Assembly (NCBI GenBank): GCA_045645725.1 | Contig: JAZRJG010000021.1 | Location: 965 to 64,964, forward strand | DNA: 64,000 bases | Origin: Candidatus Enterousia sp. | GTDB lineage: Bacteria; Pseudomonadota; Alphaproteobacteria; Rs-D84 | Direction of reading: 5' to 3' | Shown: piece after piece, positions 27,955-37,344 of the stretch | Position numbering within the stretch: the first letter of the stretch is position 1 | How the letters are laid out: each line of letters opens with the position of its first letter | Translations under genes and position numbers: made by a program | The notes under the pieces: model-generated | Database searches by the model: none | Seen by the model: only the letters and a program-made list of their open reading frames with translations | Told to the model about the DNA's origin: nothing

Positions 27955-30014
27955 GATTAAAGAAAAAAAATATATTTTTTTCGTCGGTGCGAATTTTATC
28001 ACTGTTTGTGATGGGGTTGGTGGTTGCAGTTGTTGTCGCGTTTACCCAAATTGATTTAGAAAGTGTGCGTGGAAATGTTGTTGCGGTATTGCGTGACGCG
28101 ACGGGGTTGCCGGTTGAAATTGATGGGCCGGTATCGTGGAAGTTGTCTTTGCGGCCGCGTATAGAATTAAATCAGGTGCGGGTCGCAAATCCGGATTGGG
28201 CAAAGCAAAAATATGCTTTTGTGGCAGATAAAGTTGATGTGCGGTTGAATTTGATTTCTTTGTTTCGAAATCGCCCAACAATTCAGAATGTTCGTGTGTA
28301 TGATGCGGAATTGAATGTTGAACGTAGGGGTGATGGTACGCTGTCGTGGCCGGTTGAAAAGTCAGATGTGGTTGATGCGGGTGTGACGCCAAAAAAATAT
28401 CCTGTTAATGATACGGGGTTGGGTGGGGTCGAGATTAAAAAAATCAAGGCGAATTTGTTTGGTGAAAAATATGATTTGGCCGGATTTAATATTCGCCAGA
28501 ATCATCGGGCCGATGGGCGAGAGTACACCGGATGGGTTAAAATTGAAAAAGAGGTAATGCCTTTTATCGTTGAGATGGGCGAATATAATACCGAACGCAA
28601 GGTTTATCCTGTGCGTGTTGCGCTGTCAACCGGTGGTGATGCATTAATCGCAAATGTGGCCTTAGAAGGCACCAGCAAGATGCCTATTGATTTTATTATC
28701 AAAGGTGATTTGCCGGATGTTGCATTGTTGGGGCGTGTGGCGAATTGGAATTTGAACGGTGTGCCGCATGTGCATTTGGATATTGCCGGTGGTATGGACA
28801 GGCAAAAAGTTACAATTCGAAAATCAAAAATTGTTTTGCGTGAAACGGAATTTACGGTGTCGGGTGAATATGATTGGGGTAAAAAAAATAATCTGATACG
28901 GTTGGATTTGTATTCGGGTAATGTTCGGTTGGATAAACTGTTTCCGGGTATTTATGGTGGTGTGCGCGTGCGACCCGAACGTGAATTGAATGTCTTTCAT
29001 GATGTTCCGTTGTTTGGTAAATTTTTTCGTGACAAGAAAGTGACCGTGGATGTGCGGTTGGATAACTTTGTGGTTTATAAAGAGTTAAATTTGAAAAAAA
29101 CAAAAGTTATTGCAAATATTGAAAACGCACGTGGACGTATTGATGTACAGTCGGTTGTTGCAAATGGTGATGTGCATGTTGGAATTGATTTGGATATAGA
29201 TGAAGTGGGGCGTATATGGTTACAGTCCGCATCCCGTGCACGTGGGGTGTTGGTGGGGCAATTGTTGCATGAAATAGGTCGTGATAATTTATTGGCGGAA
29301 TTGCCAATGGGGTTTGATTTTTATGTTCATGCCAATGGGATGGATTTAAGTCAAATTATGCAAACGATGACGGGACCGATACAGGTTTATTCTATGGGTG
29401 CCGGATATGCGTATCCTGCGGTTGTTGCGTATATGTATGGAACGGATTTTTTGACTTCGTTGCGTCATTCAATTCAAGATTTGTTTACGTCGGATAAAAA
29501 ACATAATCAGATTAAGATTTCGTGTGTTGCTTTGAATGCAAAGTTGCGTGATGGGGCTTTCTTTACACAAAATGGTTTTGCCGTAGAAACAAATGCGATA
29601 AATATTCGCTTGGCGGGATTGTTGGATTTGGGGGGCGAAGAAATTCGGTTGGCATTGACGACTGTGCCGGTTCGTGGGTTGAAATTATCTTTGACGGGTA
29701 ATGTTGTTAATTCTATTGAATTGACGGGTAGTTTGGCCGAACCGGAAATAAAAATCAGTGGCGCGGCCGTCGCCGGTAAAGTTGCGTCTGCGACCGGATT
29801 GGGTTTATTGTTGGCGCCATTTACGGGTGGTATTGGCTTGGTCGCGGGGGCCGGTGTTGGATTGTTGGCGGGAGATTTGTTGGAAAATTGGTTGGCCGAT
29901 GCGCATCCGTGTGAAACGGCGATGAAACGTGGTGCGCCATTGGCGGATGGTGATCCCGAATGGATGGGCGATGATGTAAAGCAGTTGGCTGTGTCCGTGT
30001 TGGGTAAAGAATAA
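27951..30014 (+). CDS. AsmA-family outer-membrane assembly protein
   Basis: The ATGA overlaps the rluC stop. There is an N-terminal TM anchor. The protein is long, beta-rich and periplasmic (687 aa). A C-terminal Gly-rich amphipathic segment is present. This architecture is typical of AsmA/TamB-like proteins. Confidence 0.6.
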   Translation: MRLKKKNIFFSSVRILSLFVMGLVVAVVVAFTQIDLESVRGNVVAVLRDATGLPVEIDGPVSWKLSLRPRIELNQVRVANPDWAKQKYAFVADKVDVRLNLISLFRNRPTIQNVRVYDAELNVERRGDGTLSWPVEKSDVVDAGVTPKKYPVNDTGLGGVEIKKIKANLFGEKYDLAGFNIRQNHRADGREYTGWVKIEKEVMPFIVEMGEYNTERKVYPVRVALSTGGDALIANVALEGTSKMPIDFIIKGDLPDVALLGRVANWNLNGVPHVHLDIAGGMDRQKVTIRKSKIVLRETEFTVSGEYDWGKKNNLIRLDLYSGNVRLDKLFPGIYGGVRVRPERELNVFHDVPLFGKFFRDKKVTVDVRLDNFVVYKELNLKKTKVIANIENARGRIDVQSVVANGDVHVGIDLDIDEVGRIWLQSASRARGVLVGQLLHEIGRDNLLAELPMGFDFYVHANGMDLSQIMQTMTGPIQVYSMGAGYAYPAVVAYMYGTDFLTSLRHSIQDLFTSDKKHNQIKISCVALNAKLRDGAFFTQNGFAVETNAINIRLAGLLDLGGEEIRLALTTVPVRGLKLSLTGNVVNSIELTGSLAEPEIKISGAAVAGKVASATGLGLLLAPFTGGIGLVAGAGVGLLAGDLLENWLADAHPCETAMKRGAPLADGDPEWMGDDVKQLAVSVLGKE

Positions 30015-30026
30015 AGGGGTGTTGAT

Positions 30027-30788
30027 ATGTTTAGTTGGATCGGTTTGATTCAGGTTGGAATTGTTGCGGCGATAATGTGGGTGTTTTATAAAAGTTTTAT
30101 CCAAAATACTCAATCGGAAAAGTTGGTGCGTGGCTTGTTTGGGTTGGCGTTGCTGTGGGTGCTTAGTTTTGCGCTGTCTTGGACGGGGTTGGATATTTTG
30201 GCGGCCTTTTTGCATTGGGTTGCGTTGTTTTTGTCAATCAGTTTGATTGTTGTTTTTCAACCGGAATTGCGGAAATTTATGGCTTTGTTGGGGAATATTG
30301 ATGGATGGCGACGTGTGTTAAGAAATGGTGGTGTTAAACGCAAAGACACAAAAGCGTTGGATGCGATTGTGTCGGCAGTAGAATTTATGTCGGAAAAGCA
30401 TACGGGGGCTTTGATTGTGTTCCCAAGTATGTTGGATGAAAGCGCGATTGATAAAAAAGGTGTTGCGATTGATGCAAAAATATCAATGGAATTGTTGTTG
30501 ACGATTTTTTTTGATAAGACGCCTTTGCATGATGGTGCGATGATAATTGAACGTGACAGAATTGCATATGCCGGTGCGATTTTGCCTTTGTCGCAAAATA
30601 ATTTGAATTGGAAATATGGAACGCGTCATCGTGCGGCTTTGGGGTTAAGTGAGGTTTCGCGCGCAATTGTTTTGGTTGTATCCGAAGAAAGTGGTGATGT
30701 GTCGATTGCCGAAAAGGGTAAGTTCACCAAATATGATGATATGAAAAAACTGCGTTCAAAATTAGAAAAAGTTATGATGAAAAATTAA
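30027..30788 (+). CDS. cdaA: diadenylate cyclase CdaA (DAC domain, c-di-AMP synthase)
   Basis: Three N-terminal TM helices are present. The DAC motifs are ...HTGALIVF...DGAMIIERDRIAYAGAILPLS...GTRHRAALGLSEVSRAIVLVVSEESGDVSIAEKG. The product is 253 aa. Confidence 0.8.
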   Translation: MFSWIGLIQVGIVAAIMWVFYKSFIQNTQSEKLVRGLFGLALLWVLSFALSWTGLDILAAFLHWVALFLSISLIVVFQPELRKFMALLGNIDGWRRVLRNGGVKRKDTKALDAIVSAVEFMSEKHTGALIVFPSMLDESAIDKKGVAIDAKISMELLLTIFFDKTPLHDGAMIIERDRIAYAGAILPLSQNNLNWKYGTRHRAALGLSEVSRAIVLVVSEESGDVSIAEKGKFTKYDDMKKLRSKLEKVMMKN

Positions 30789-30797
30789 TGGGTCGTT

Positions 30798-31742
30798 TTA
30801 TGCGCGATGCGCAGAGCCCATTATGTTTTCTATTTCTGATATGCATATATCTGTCATGGTTTTTCGCGCAGCGGATAAGAAGTCGCGTGGATTGAATTTA
30901 TCAGGATTGGTGGCCAAAAATTCACGGACTGCGGCGGTGAATCCGATGCGTAAATCGCTGTCTACATTGATTTTGCAGATGTTCATTTGTGTTGCGTGAC
31001 GCAGTTGTTGTGTATCGATACCGCGTGCGTTTTTCATGTTGCCACCATATTCGTTTATTTTGGTAACCAGATTTTGCGGTATGTTTGATGCGCCGTGTAA
31101 AACCAATGGGAAATTTGGCATACGTGATGCGATATCTGCCAAAATATCAAAGCGCAGTTCTGTGTCATCGGTGGCGCGTTTGTATGCGCCGTGGCTGGTG
31201 CCGATGGCGATGGCCAAAGAGTCGGTGTTTGTTTCGGATACGAATTTTTCAACGTCTGATGGGTTGGTGTAACTGGAATTCGTGCCAAATGTGTTTTCGT
31301 CTTCGATGCCGGCCAATGTTCCCAATTCGGATTCTACCGATACATTAAATTGGTGTGCGTATTCTGTGACGCGTTTTGTGATTTCTGCGTTTTCGGTAAA
31401 TGGATGTTTGCTGGCGTCTATCATTACAGATGAAAACCCAAGGTCTATTGCATGTTTGCATGCGTCAAAGGTTGCGCCGTGGTCCAAGTGCAGGGCGATT
31501 TGTTCGTTTGGGGAAATTTTTGCGCCCGATATTAATGCCATTAACATATCGTCGCCCATGTATTTTAATGCGGATTCCGATACGGCCAGTATAACGGGGC
31601 TGTGTGTTGTGCGTGCTGCGTCCATTATTGATGATAATGTTTCCATATTATAGAAATTAAATGCAGGTATCGCATAACCGTTGCGCAATGCGTCTGCAAA
31701 CATTTGATTTGTATTTACTAATCCGAATTTTGAATATTTCAT
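30798..31742 (-). CDS. fba: class II fructose-bisphosphate aldolase
   Basis: The 314-aa product has ...PVILAVSESALKYMG...LHLDHGATFDACKHAIDLGFSSVMIDASKHP...GASNIPQ, which are class II FBA/tagatose-bisphosphate aldolase family blocks. Confidence 0.85.
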   Translation of the reverse strand: MKYSKFGLVNTNQMFADALRNGYAIPAFNFYNMETLSSIMDAARTTHSPVILAVSESALKYMGDDMLMALISGAKISPNEQIALHLDHGATFDACKHAIDLGFSSVMIDASKHPFTENAEITKRVTEYAHQFNVSVESELGTLAGIEDENTFGTNSSYTNPSDVEKFVSETNTDSLAIAIGTSHGAYKRATDDTELRFDILADIASRMPNFPLVLHGASNIPQNLVTKINEYGGNMKNARGIDTQQLRHATQMNICKINVDSDLRIGFTAAVREFLATNPDKFNPRDFLSAARKTMTDICISEIENIMGSAHRA

Positions 31743-31893
31743 ATTTTTACCCCAGTTTTTTGTGATTATAGCATATATTATGGGTTTTGTGGTGAAAAAA
31801 TTTCTTTGATTCTTGACAGGGGGTGGATTTGTGCCACAATGGTTACGGTCGGGGGTGTGACAGAGATTAAACTTTAACGATAAGGTGTCGGAT

Positions 31894-32232
31894 ATGAAAA
31901 AAGTATTTTTATCTGTTTTGTCTTTGGTTTTGTTGGCGGGGTGTTCTGCTTACTATGATTATTACAAAGGCGGTGTGCGTTATACCCAAGATGGTGATGA
32001 TTGTATATTTTATTCTGTGGAACGCGGTCGTCATTATTCTGAAGATGTTCGTTCGTTGGATTTGGACAAGAAAATTGTTTATCGCAATACGCGTTGTGCG
32101 GATTTGTATGCGCGTGATAATGCAGCACAGGGGGCGCGTGTTGAACGTTTGGTTGTGACGCCGGTTGCAGATAAAAAAACATGTGACACATGTAATAAAT
32201 GTAAAAAAAGAAAATATGTGTTTGTAAAATAA
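31894..32232 (+). CDS. small lipoprotein (112 aa), hypothetical
   Basis: The RBS is AAGGTG. The signal peptide plus lipobox is MKKVFLSVLSLVLLAGCS. A Cys-rich tail CDTCNKCKKRK is present. Confidence 0.55.
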   Translation: MKKVFLSVLSLVLLAGCSAYYDYYKGGVRYTQDGDDCIFYSVERGRHYSEDVRSLDLDKKIVYRNTRCADLYARDNAAQGARVERLVVTPVADKKTCDTCNKCKKRKYVFVK

Positions 32233-32237
32233 TTAAT

Positions 32238-32265
32238 ATACGCCGAAATGGCGTATGTTTTTTAT
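32238..32265 (+). terminator. rho-independent terminator
   Basis: The stem is atacgcc/ggcgtat with loop gaaat, followed by a T6 run. Confidence 0.7.
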
Positions 32266-32332
32266 GTAAAAATTGTTTGAATGTACGTCTGTTCTGTGTT
32301 ATAATTTGCGTATGAAAGTAAGGAGTTTACAT

Positions 32333-32719
32333 ATGAAAAAGTTATTTGATAAAGTTCGTTTTTATTCAATGTTGGCTGTGATGGTGATGGCGTCGTCATT
32401 CGCGTTTGCGGCCGAAAGTGATGCGGAATCGGCAATTTGCAATTTGTTGACCAAATTGGCACCTTTGTTCAAAGTGTTAAGTATTCTGGCATTCGTTGGT
32501 GCGGGATTTATTATCGCAGGTTGGGCATGGGGCTTTATTTCGGCCGGTAAAGTAACGATTGATGATATTAAGGGTAAGGGAATTGGTATGTTGGTCGGCT
32601 TTGTGCTGTTGTTCGCGATTGGCGCGTTGTTGCAATTTTTGATGACTTCGACTGGTGGCAGTGGGTTTTTAAATTGTGAGAATTTGGGTGGTTTGTTCCC
32701 AGGGTTTGAGGCGAATTAA
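32333..32719 (+). CDS. VirB2/TrbC-like type IV secretion pilin (orphan)
   Basis: The RBS is AAGGAG. A signal peptide is present. Two hydrophobic helices are separated by a short loop. AICNLLTKLAPLFKVLSILAFVGAGFIIAGWAWG resembles VirB2 NICTFILGPFGQSLAVLGIVAIGISWMFG. The C-terminal TGG...G is present. The product is 128 aa. Confidence 0.5.
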   Translation: MKKLFDKVRFYSMLAVMVMASSFAFAAESDAESAICNLLTKLAPLFKVLSILAFVGAGFIIAGWAWGFISAGKVTIDDIKGKGIGMLVGFVLLFAIGALLQFLMTSTGGSGFLNCENLGGLFPGFEAN

Positions 32720-32747
32720 AAAATGTGGCGAAAGCCACATTTTTTAT
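32718..32747. terminator. bidirectional rho-independent terminator
   Basis: The stem is aaaatgtggc/gccacatttt with loop gaaa. It sits between convergent genes. Confidence 0.7.
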
Positions 32748-33670
32748 TTCAGTTTAATGTTGTGGAATTTGCGGATGAATTCTTGTTCGGTTTGAAATAA
32801 TTGGTTTTGTATTTTTGATATATGCGTTTGATATATGTCCTGTTCCGGTCTGTGGCCGGTTGATTTGATTGTTTGTACGCGTGCGTTGGATAATTCTTCG
32901 TACATAATCATTTTAAATGGTTCTAATTGTGGGTGGTGTAATTTTTCAAATCGGTTTAATGCTTTTATTATTGCGCACGTTTTGGCGTACAGTGATGCCG
33001 GCCCCAGGTAGTTGGCCAATGGGTCGTTTGGTTTGACTTCAATCTGGTGTGCGTTTTTTATGTCTTCGGAATTGTATCCATAGAAAAATGCACGTTGAAC
33101 GGTTTGGTGATTGAATTGTTGAAAATTTGCGTGCAGTTGTTTTAATACGCCGGCCAGATTTCTTTCCCATATTGCCAATTCGTTGCGCAGGTGTACGCGT
33201 GCAAATTGGTATGATGCGTTGTATGTGTCGGTAAATGATGTGCCGTGTGGTAATATAAAATATGTGCGTGAAAAAATCATAGCGGGATTTTGTCGTACGG
33301 CGCACCAACATGCATATCGTGATAATGCGACATCGGTCGTTGTGGTGTTTGTGTGTAATTCGTTGGCCGGTATTATGTGTTCGTTACAGAATTCAGCCCA
33401 AGGTACAGTCAGGTGTATTTTATGTGATTTGTTTGTTGGGATTGCGGGTTGAACAAGTTGTGAACGTGCGTATGTTGCCCAATCGGTTTGTATGGGAAAA
33501 TATGGTTCGGCATACAGATTGTGTAAATCAGAATACAGCCAATATTCGGCGTGTATATTTTTTGTTGGTTGTCGCAGTTCGGGGAATAAACTGTTCTGTC
33601 CGGCCCAATCAATAACGTGTCTTTTGTTGTTCAGTGTTTCGTATATTGTTTGTTTGTTGGGCAGAGACAT
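32744..33670 (-). CDS. DinD-like protein (DNA-damage-inducible protein D family), hypothetical function
   Basis: The 308-aa product has ...ALSRYACWCAVRQNPAMIFSRTYFILPHGTSF. This resembles the E. coli DinD LSRYACYLVVQNGDP...AQAYFALQTR block, recalled from memory. Confidence 0.4.
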   Translation of the reverse strand: MSLPNKQTIYETLNNKRHVIDWAGQNSLFPELRQPTKNIHAEYWLYSDLHNLYAEPYFPIQTDWATYARSQLVQPAIPTNKSHKIHLTVPWAEFCNEHIIPANELHTNTTTTDVALSRYACWCAVRQNPAMIFSRTYFILPHGTSFTDTYNASYQFARVHLRNELAIWERNLAGVLKQLHANFQQFNHQTVQRAFFYGYNSEDIKNAHQIEVKPNDPLANYLGPASLYAKTCAIIKALNRFEKLHHPQLEPFKMIMYEELSNARVQTIKSTGHRPEQDIYQTHISKIQNQLFQTEQEFIRKFHNIKLK

Positions 33671-33700
33671 TTTTAATCCTTGGTTGTATTTGTTTTGGAT

Positions 33701-33925
33701 TTATTTTGAATCTTCGATATTGGCCAATGAGAATAATACAGATGATATCAGAGATTGGTATGGCACGTGCTGTTGCTCTGCCAGTTCTTTTATTTTATCC
33801 AGAACAGGGCGGGGGATACGCATATTAATTACGCAGTCGGATTTATTGAATGCTTTGTATGCGGCATATTCGCGCAACAAACTTTCCATATTCATAACAA
33901 ATAATTGCTGCATTACGTTTGGCAT
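33701..33925 (-). CDS. BrnA/CopG-family antitoxin-like small protein
   Basis: The 74-aa product has the C-terminal ...RIPRPVLDKIKELAEQQHVPYQSLISSVL. This matches the RHH antitoxin motif (..GVPYQTLI..). The RBS is GAGG. No adjacent BrnT-like toxin ORF was found. Confidence 0.5.
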   Translation of the reverse strand: MPNVMQQLFVMNMESLLREYAAYKAFNKSDCVINMRIPRPVLDKIKELAEQQHVPYQSLISSVLFSLANIEDSK

Positions 33926-34141
33926 ATACGAACCTCTATACTTGTTACAATACCGCAGTACTTACAGGCAACTATACCATTGTATTTACAATTGTCAATA
34001 CAAATATATTTACGTCTGTAATCACGGCTGTGATGGCGTTTGTGTTGTTGGTTGTGATGACGCGGTTGTGTATATAAAAATTGATTTTTGATATTTATAA
34101 GTATAAAATTGCCGTATCTATTAAATGGAAGGGATTCAGAT

Positions 34142-35458
34142 ATGTTAAAAAAAATTATATTGATGTTATGTGTTGCAATGGCTTGGGCCGGTGCAGGGCA
34201 TGCGGAATTAAAGGTTGATATTGTTGCCGGTGCGGCCGACCCTATATCAATTGCGGTGCAAAAGTTTGAAGTTGCAGATGGGGTTCGTTCTTCGGATGCG
34301 GCAACTATGCGTGAAGTTGTTGAAGCGGATTTGAAACGTACGGGACTGTTCCGTATTGTTAATCATGATGCATTTCCCGAATATGTAAAAATGCACGGTT
34401 TGCCAAACTTTAAAAGTTGGCAGGCGATTAAAACCCAAGTGTTGGTTCAAGCCAAAGTTTTCCGTGATGATGATAAATATCGATTGGAATTTTTTGTTTG
34501 GGATGTAAATGGTCGCGAACAGATAGAGGCGCAATCTTTGGTCGCATCCCGTAAATCGGTACGTCGTTTGGGACATATTATGGCCGATGCTATATACGAA
34601 AGATTGACCGGTGAAATTGGATATTTTGATACTCAGATTGTGTTTATTGCAGAAACGGGTCCAATTCATCACCGTTCAAAACGTTTGGCGATAATGGATC
34701 AAGATGGCTTTGGTATGCGTTATTTGTCGGATAAAGATACTATGGTTATGTCGCCACACTTTTCGCCAAATATGCAATCTATTGTTTTCTTGTCTTATTA
34801 TAATGATGACCCAATGGTTTGGAGTTTGGATTTAGAAACGGGCGAACAACGTCGTTTGGGTATGTTCGGTGGTATGAATTTTGCACCACGTTTTTCGCCA
34901 GACGGAAAACGTGTCGCGATTTCTTTGGTTAAAAATGGTATTACGCATATTTATGAATATGATATGGATGCCAAAGAATTACGTCAATTGACCTTTGGAC
35001 ATTCGATTAATACCAGTCCGTCTTATTCCCCAGATGGTAAAAAGATTGCGTTTAATTCGGATCGTTCGGGACGTCAACAGATACATGTTTTGGATTTGGA
35101 AACGGGTGAAGTTGAACGTTTGACATATGGTTCGGGACGTTATGCGACACCGGCGTGGTCACCAGATGGGCAATTGATTGCCTTTACCAAAATTGCCGAT
35201 GATACATTTTATGTTGGTGTTATGGATACGCGTGGGCGTAATGAAAAGATTTTGGCCGGTGGTTGGTTTATGGAGGCGCCTTCGTGGGCCCCGGGGTCGC
35301 GCAGAATTGTGTATTATGAAACAGAACGCGCAATAGATGGTATTGAACGTATCAGTCATATTCGCAGTGTTGATATTACAGGCCAGAATATTTATGAGAT
35401 AGAATTACCCGAAGGGGTCAATGGGTTAGAGCCGACTTGGTCGCCCAGATTACAATAA
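34142..35458 (+). CDS. tolB: Tol-Pal system periplasmic protein TolB
   Basis: A signal peptide is present. The N-terminal TolB domain is followed by six WD-like beta-propeller repeats (...YSPDGKKIAFNSDRSG..., ...WSPDGQLIAFTK...). The start at ATG 34142 is chosen with RBS GGAAGG. Confidence 0.9.
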   Translation: MLKKIILMLCVAMAWAGAGHAELKVDIVAGAADPISIAVQKFEVADGVRSSDAATMREVVEADLKRTGLFRIVNHDAFPEYVKMHGLPNFKSWQAIKTQVLVQAKVFRDDDKYRLEFFVWDVNGREQIEAQSLVASRKSVRRLGHIMADAIYERLTGEIGYFDTQIVFIAETGPIHHRSKRLAIMDQDGFGMRYLSDKDTMVMSPHFSPNMQSIVFLSYYNDDPMVWSLDLETGEQRRLGMFGGMNFAPRFSPDGKRVAISLVKNGITHIYEYDMDAKELRQLTFGHSINTSPSYSPDGKKIAFNSDRSGRQQIHVLDLETGEVERLTYGSGRYATPAWSPDGQLIAFTKIADDTFYVGVMDTRGRNEKILAGGWFMEAPSWAPGSRRIVYYETERAIDGIERISHIRSVDITGQNIYEIELPEGVNGLEPTWSPRLQ

Positions 35459-35461
35459 AAA

Positions 35462-35489
35462 AACCGCCCGTTGGGCGGATTGTTTTATA
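35462..35489 (+). terminator. rho-independent terminator after tolB
   Basis: The stem is ccgccc/gggcgg with loop gtt, followed by attgtttt. Confidence 0.55.
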
Positions 35490-35490
35490 A

Positions 35491-35904
35491 ATGAATAAAA
35501 TATTGGTTGCGATTTTTGGGGTATTGATGTCTGTGGCGGCGCATGCGGTGCCGGCGGTGGTTGACTATGTTTTGGATGGTGATACTTTTTCGGCGGCTGT
35601 AAATATTGCGCCGGATATCGCCATTACGGTTCGTGTCCGATTGATAAATGTAGATACGCCTGAAATGAATGGGGCATGTGACGATGAAATTCGTCGGGCG
35701 AATATTGCCAAAGATCGTCTTGCGGAATTGTTGCCCGTTGGCACAGTTGTTGATTTGCAAAATATCAAAGATGATAAATATCTGGGGCGGATTGATGCGA
35801 ACGTAATTATGGCAGATGGTCGTGACGTCGGCAAAGTTTTGGTTTCCGAAGGTTTGGCGCGGGTGTATAGTGGTGGCAAACGTATGTCTTGGTGTAAAAG
35901 TTAA
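35491..35904 (+). CDS. secreted thermonuclease (staphylococcal nuclease/SNase-like)
   Basis: A signal peptide is present. The SNase blocks are VDGDTF...VRLINVDTPEM...YLGRIDANV...DVGKVLVSEGLARVY. The product is 137 aa. Confidence 0.7.
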   Translation: MNKILVAIFGVLMSVAAHAVPAVVDYVLDGDTFSAAVNIAPDIAITVRVRLINVDTPEMNGACDDEIRRANIAKDRLAELLPVGTVVDLQNIKDDKYLGRIDANVIMADGRDVGKVLVSEGLARVYSGGKRMSWCKS

Positions 35905-35920
35905 ATCTAATGGCATATCT

Positions 35921-36100
35921 AAAGCGGATTGGGGGTGTCTTATGTAGCGTTATGTACACTACGACACCCAAATCCGTTTATCTATACCATTATCTTTAAT
36001 TTTTTCACCGCTAGGGGGTGAGGTGCTGGCTCAGTAACTTCTGTACACTACGACACCTCAATCATTTTATCAATACCATTATCTTTAATTTATTAATCGT
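35921..36100. repeat. two tandem copies (Y1, Y2) of the REP-like hairpin element family
   Basis: In Y1 the stem gggtgtc/gacaccc encloses ...tgtacactacg. In Y2 the stem gaggtg/cacctc encloses gtaacttctgtacactacg. Each is followed after ~24 nt by ccattatctttaatt(t/a)tt. A cacc gctagggggtg hairpin is also present. The pair sits between the convergent SNase and plsC genes. Confidence 0.7.
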
Positions 36101-36105
36101 TGTGT

Positions 36106-36813
36106 TTATGCGCTGTGGCGGTTGATGGCTTCGGATATTTCGTCCAATGATGCGTTGCATGGCAACAGTGGTTCAAACCATACATTTGCCGTGCCAGATT
36201 GCATGCGACCGCGCTTTGGCCAATATACGCCTGCATCTGTGCCGACCGGCAAAATCGGTAATTTTAATGTGTGGGCCAATAACAGCAGGCCGCGTTTTAA
36301 TGGTATGCGTTGGCCGGGTTTTACACGTGTGCCTTCGGGGAATATTACCAATGTATATCCGTCCAAGATACGTTTTTCTACTGCGTCTGCCAATTGTTTC
36401 AGGTTTGTTTTACCGCGTGCGCGATTTACCCCCAACATACCGCAACGCCAAAATGCCCATCCATAGATTGGTATCCACAGCAGTTCGCGCTTTAATATAA
36501 AAAATGATTTTGGAACAACGCGTGATATAATTGCGATTTCCAAAATAGACATGTGTTTGGCGGCGATTACGGCTTTGCCATCACTGCGTTTGTTTCCGTT
36601 TGGCATGGCGGGAATGCCGTTCTCTTCGTTTGTTGGATAATGTACGTCGTATTTTATGCCACAAATCCAACGCGCCAAGACCAATACGCCGGCCGCGTCT
36701 GTGAATACCAATTTTCGGCAAAGTTTTTTGGATATCATACCGACCAATAAAAATGGTGCCCATAATGTAAAATATATCGCCAGTGTTGTTTTGAATAATA
36801 TTGTTCTGAACAT
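36106..36813 (-). CDS. plsC: 1-acyl-sn-glycerol-3-phosphate acyltransferase (PlsC family)
   Basis: An N-terminal TM helix is present. The acyltransferase blocks are ...HMSILE... and ...LVIFPEGTRVKPGQ. The internal ATG at 36813 is chosen with RBS AAGGAAAACAT. Confidence 0.75.
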   Translation of the reverse strand: MFRTILFKTTLAIYFTLWAPFLLVGMISKKLCRKLVFTDAAGVLVLARWICGIKYDVHYPTNEENGIPAMPNGNKRSDGKAVIAAKHMSILEIAIISRVVPKSFFILKRELLWIPIYGWAFWRCGMLGVNRARGKTNLKQLADAVEKRILDGYTLVIFPEGTRVKPGQRIPLKRGLLLLAHTLKLPILPVGTDAGVYWPKRGRMQSGTANVWFEPLLPCNASLDEISEAINRHSA

Positions 36814-36827
36814 ATGTTTTCCTTTTT

Positions 36828-37343
36828 TTAACTTTCTTTTATTCCAATTAATGTGACGATGTATTTTATATATTCGGTCGTCCATCGTTCTAATCTTTTA
36901 CCGACCGGCATTCCCGCCAAGATTGCCGGACATGCGATTATGTTTACGTCGGGTAATTCGTGCTTTATCAAATACTTTGCGCGATTTATGTGGTCTTCGG
37001 TTGTGATTATTACCAAACGTTTCAATTTGTTTCGTGTGGCGATTTCTTTTATTGCCAATGCGTTTTGATATGTAGATTTTGATTTAGATTCAATTATTGC
37101 GGGGCGTGTATCAATCGTGTGACCCGAAAATCCGGCGCCAATTATATACAGGTTTGCGTTTGGGAATTCTTGGGTCTTTTTCATGGCGAACGGTATGCGA
37201 CGTTCGTCGCCGGTTAATACGAATATGTTGTCGTTTGGCGATATTTCGCCACATCGAATTGGGGCAGCGGCTTTGAATATCATGCCGCCCAAAATAAAGC
37301 AGCCAAGCAATAACAATGATGGTGTCAGTATTCGGGCCTGCAT
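36828..37343 (-). CDS. DUF218 (YdcF/ElyC/SanA-like) family protein
   Basis: A signal/TM N-terminus is present. The block ...IFVLTGDERRIPFAMKK...ANLYIIGAGFSGH...LVIITTEDHINRAKYL resembles the DUF218 Rossmann-like pattern. Confidence 0.55.
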   Translation of the reverse strand: MQARILTPSLLLLGCFILGGMIFKAAAPIRCGEISPNDNIFVLTGDERRIPFAMKKTQEFPNANLYIIGAGFSGHTIDTRPAIIESKSKSTYQNALAIKEIATRNKLKRLVIITTEDHINRAKYLIKHELPDVNIIACPAILAGMPVGKRLERWTTEYIKYIVTLIGIKES

Positions 37344-37344
37344 T

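Noticed and set aside
33492-34091. 199-aa plus-strand ORF spanning the BrnA-like gene and the tolB promoter region
   Set aside because: It has no RBS. It overlaps a better-supported minus-strand gene. Its composition is Cys/Tyr-rich low-complexity.
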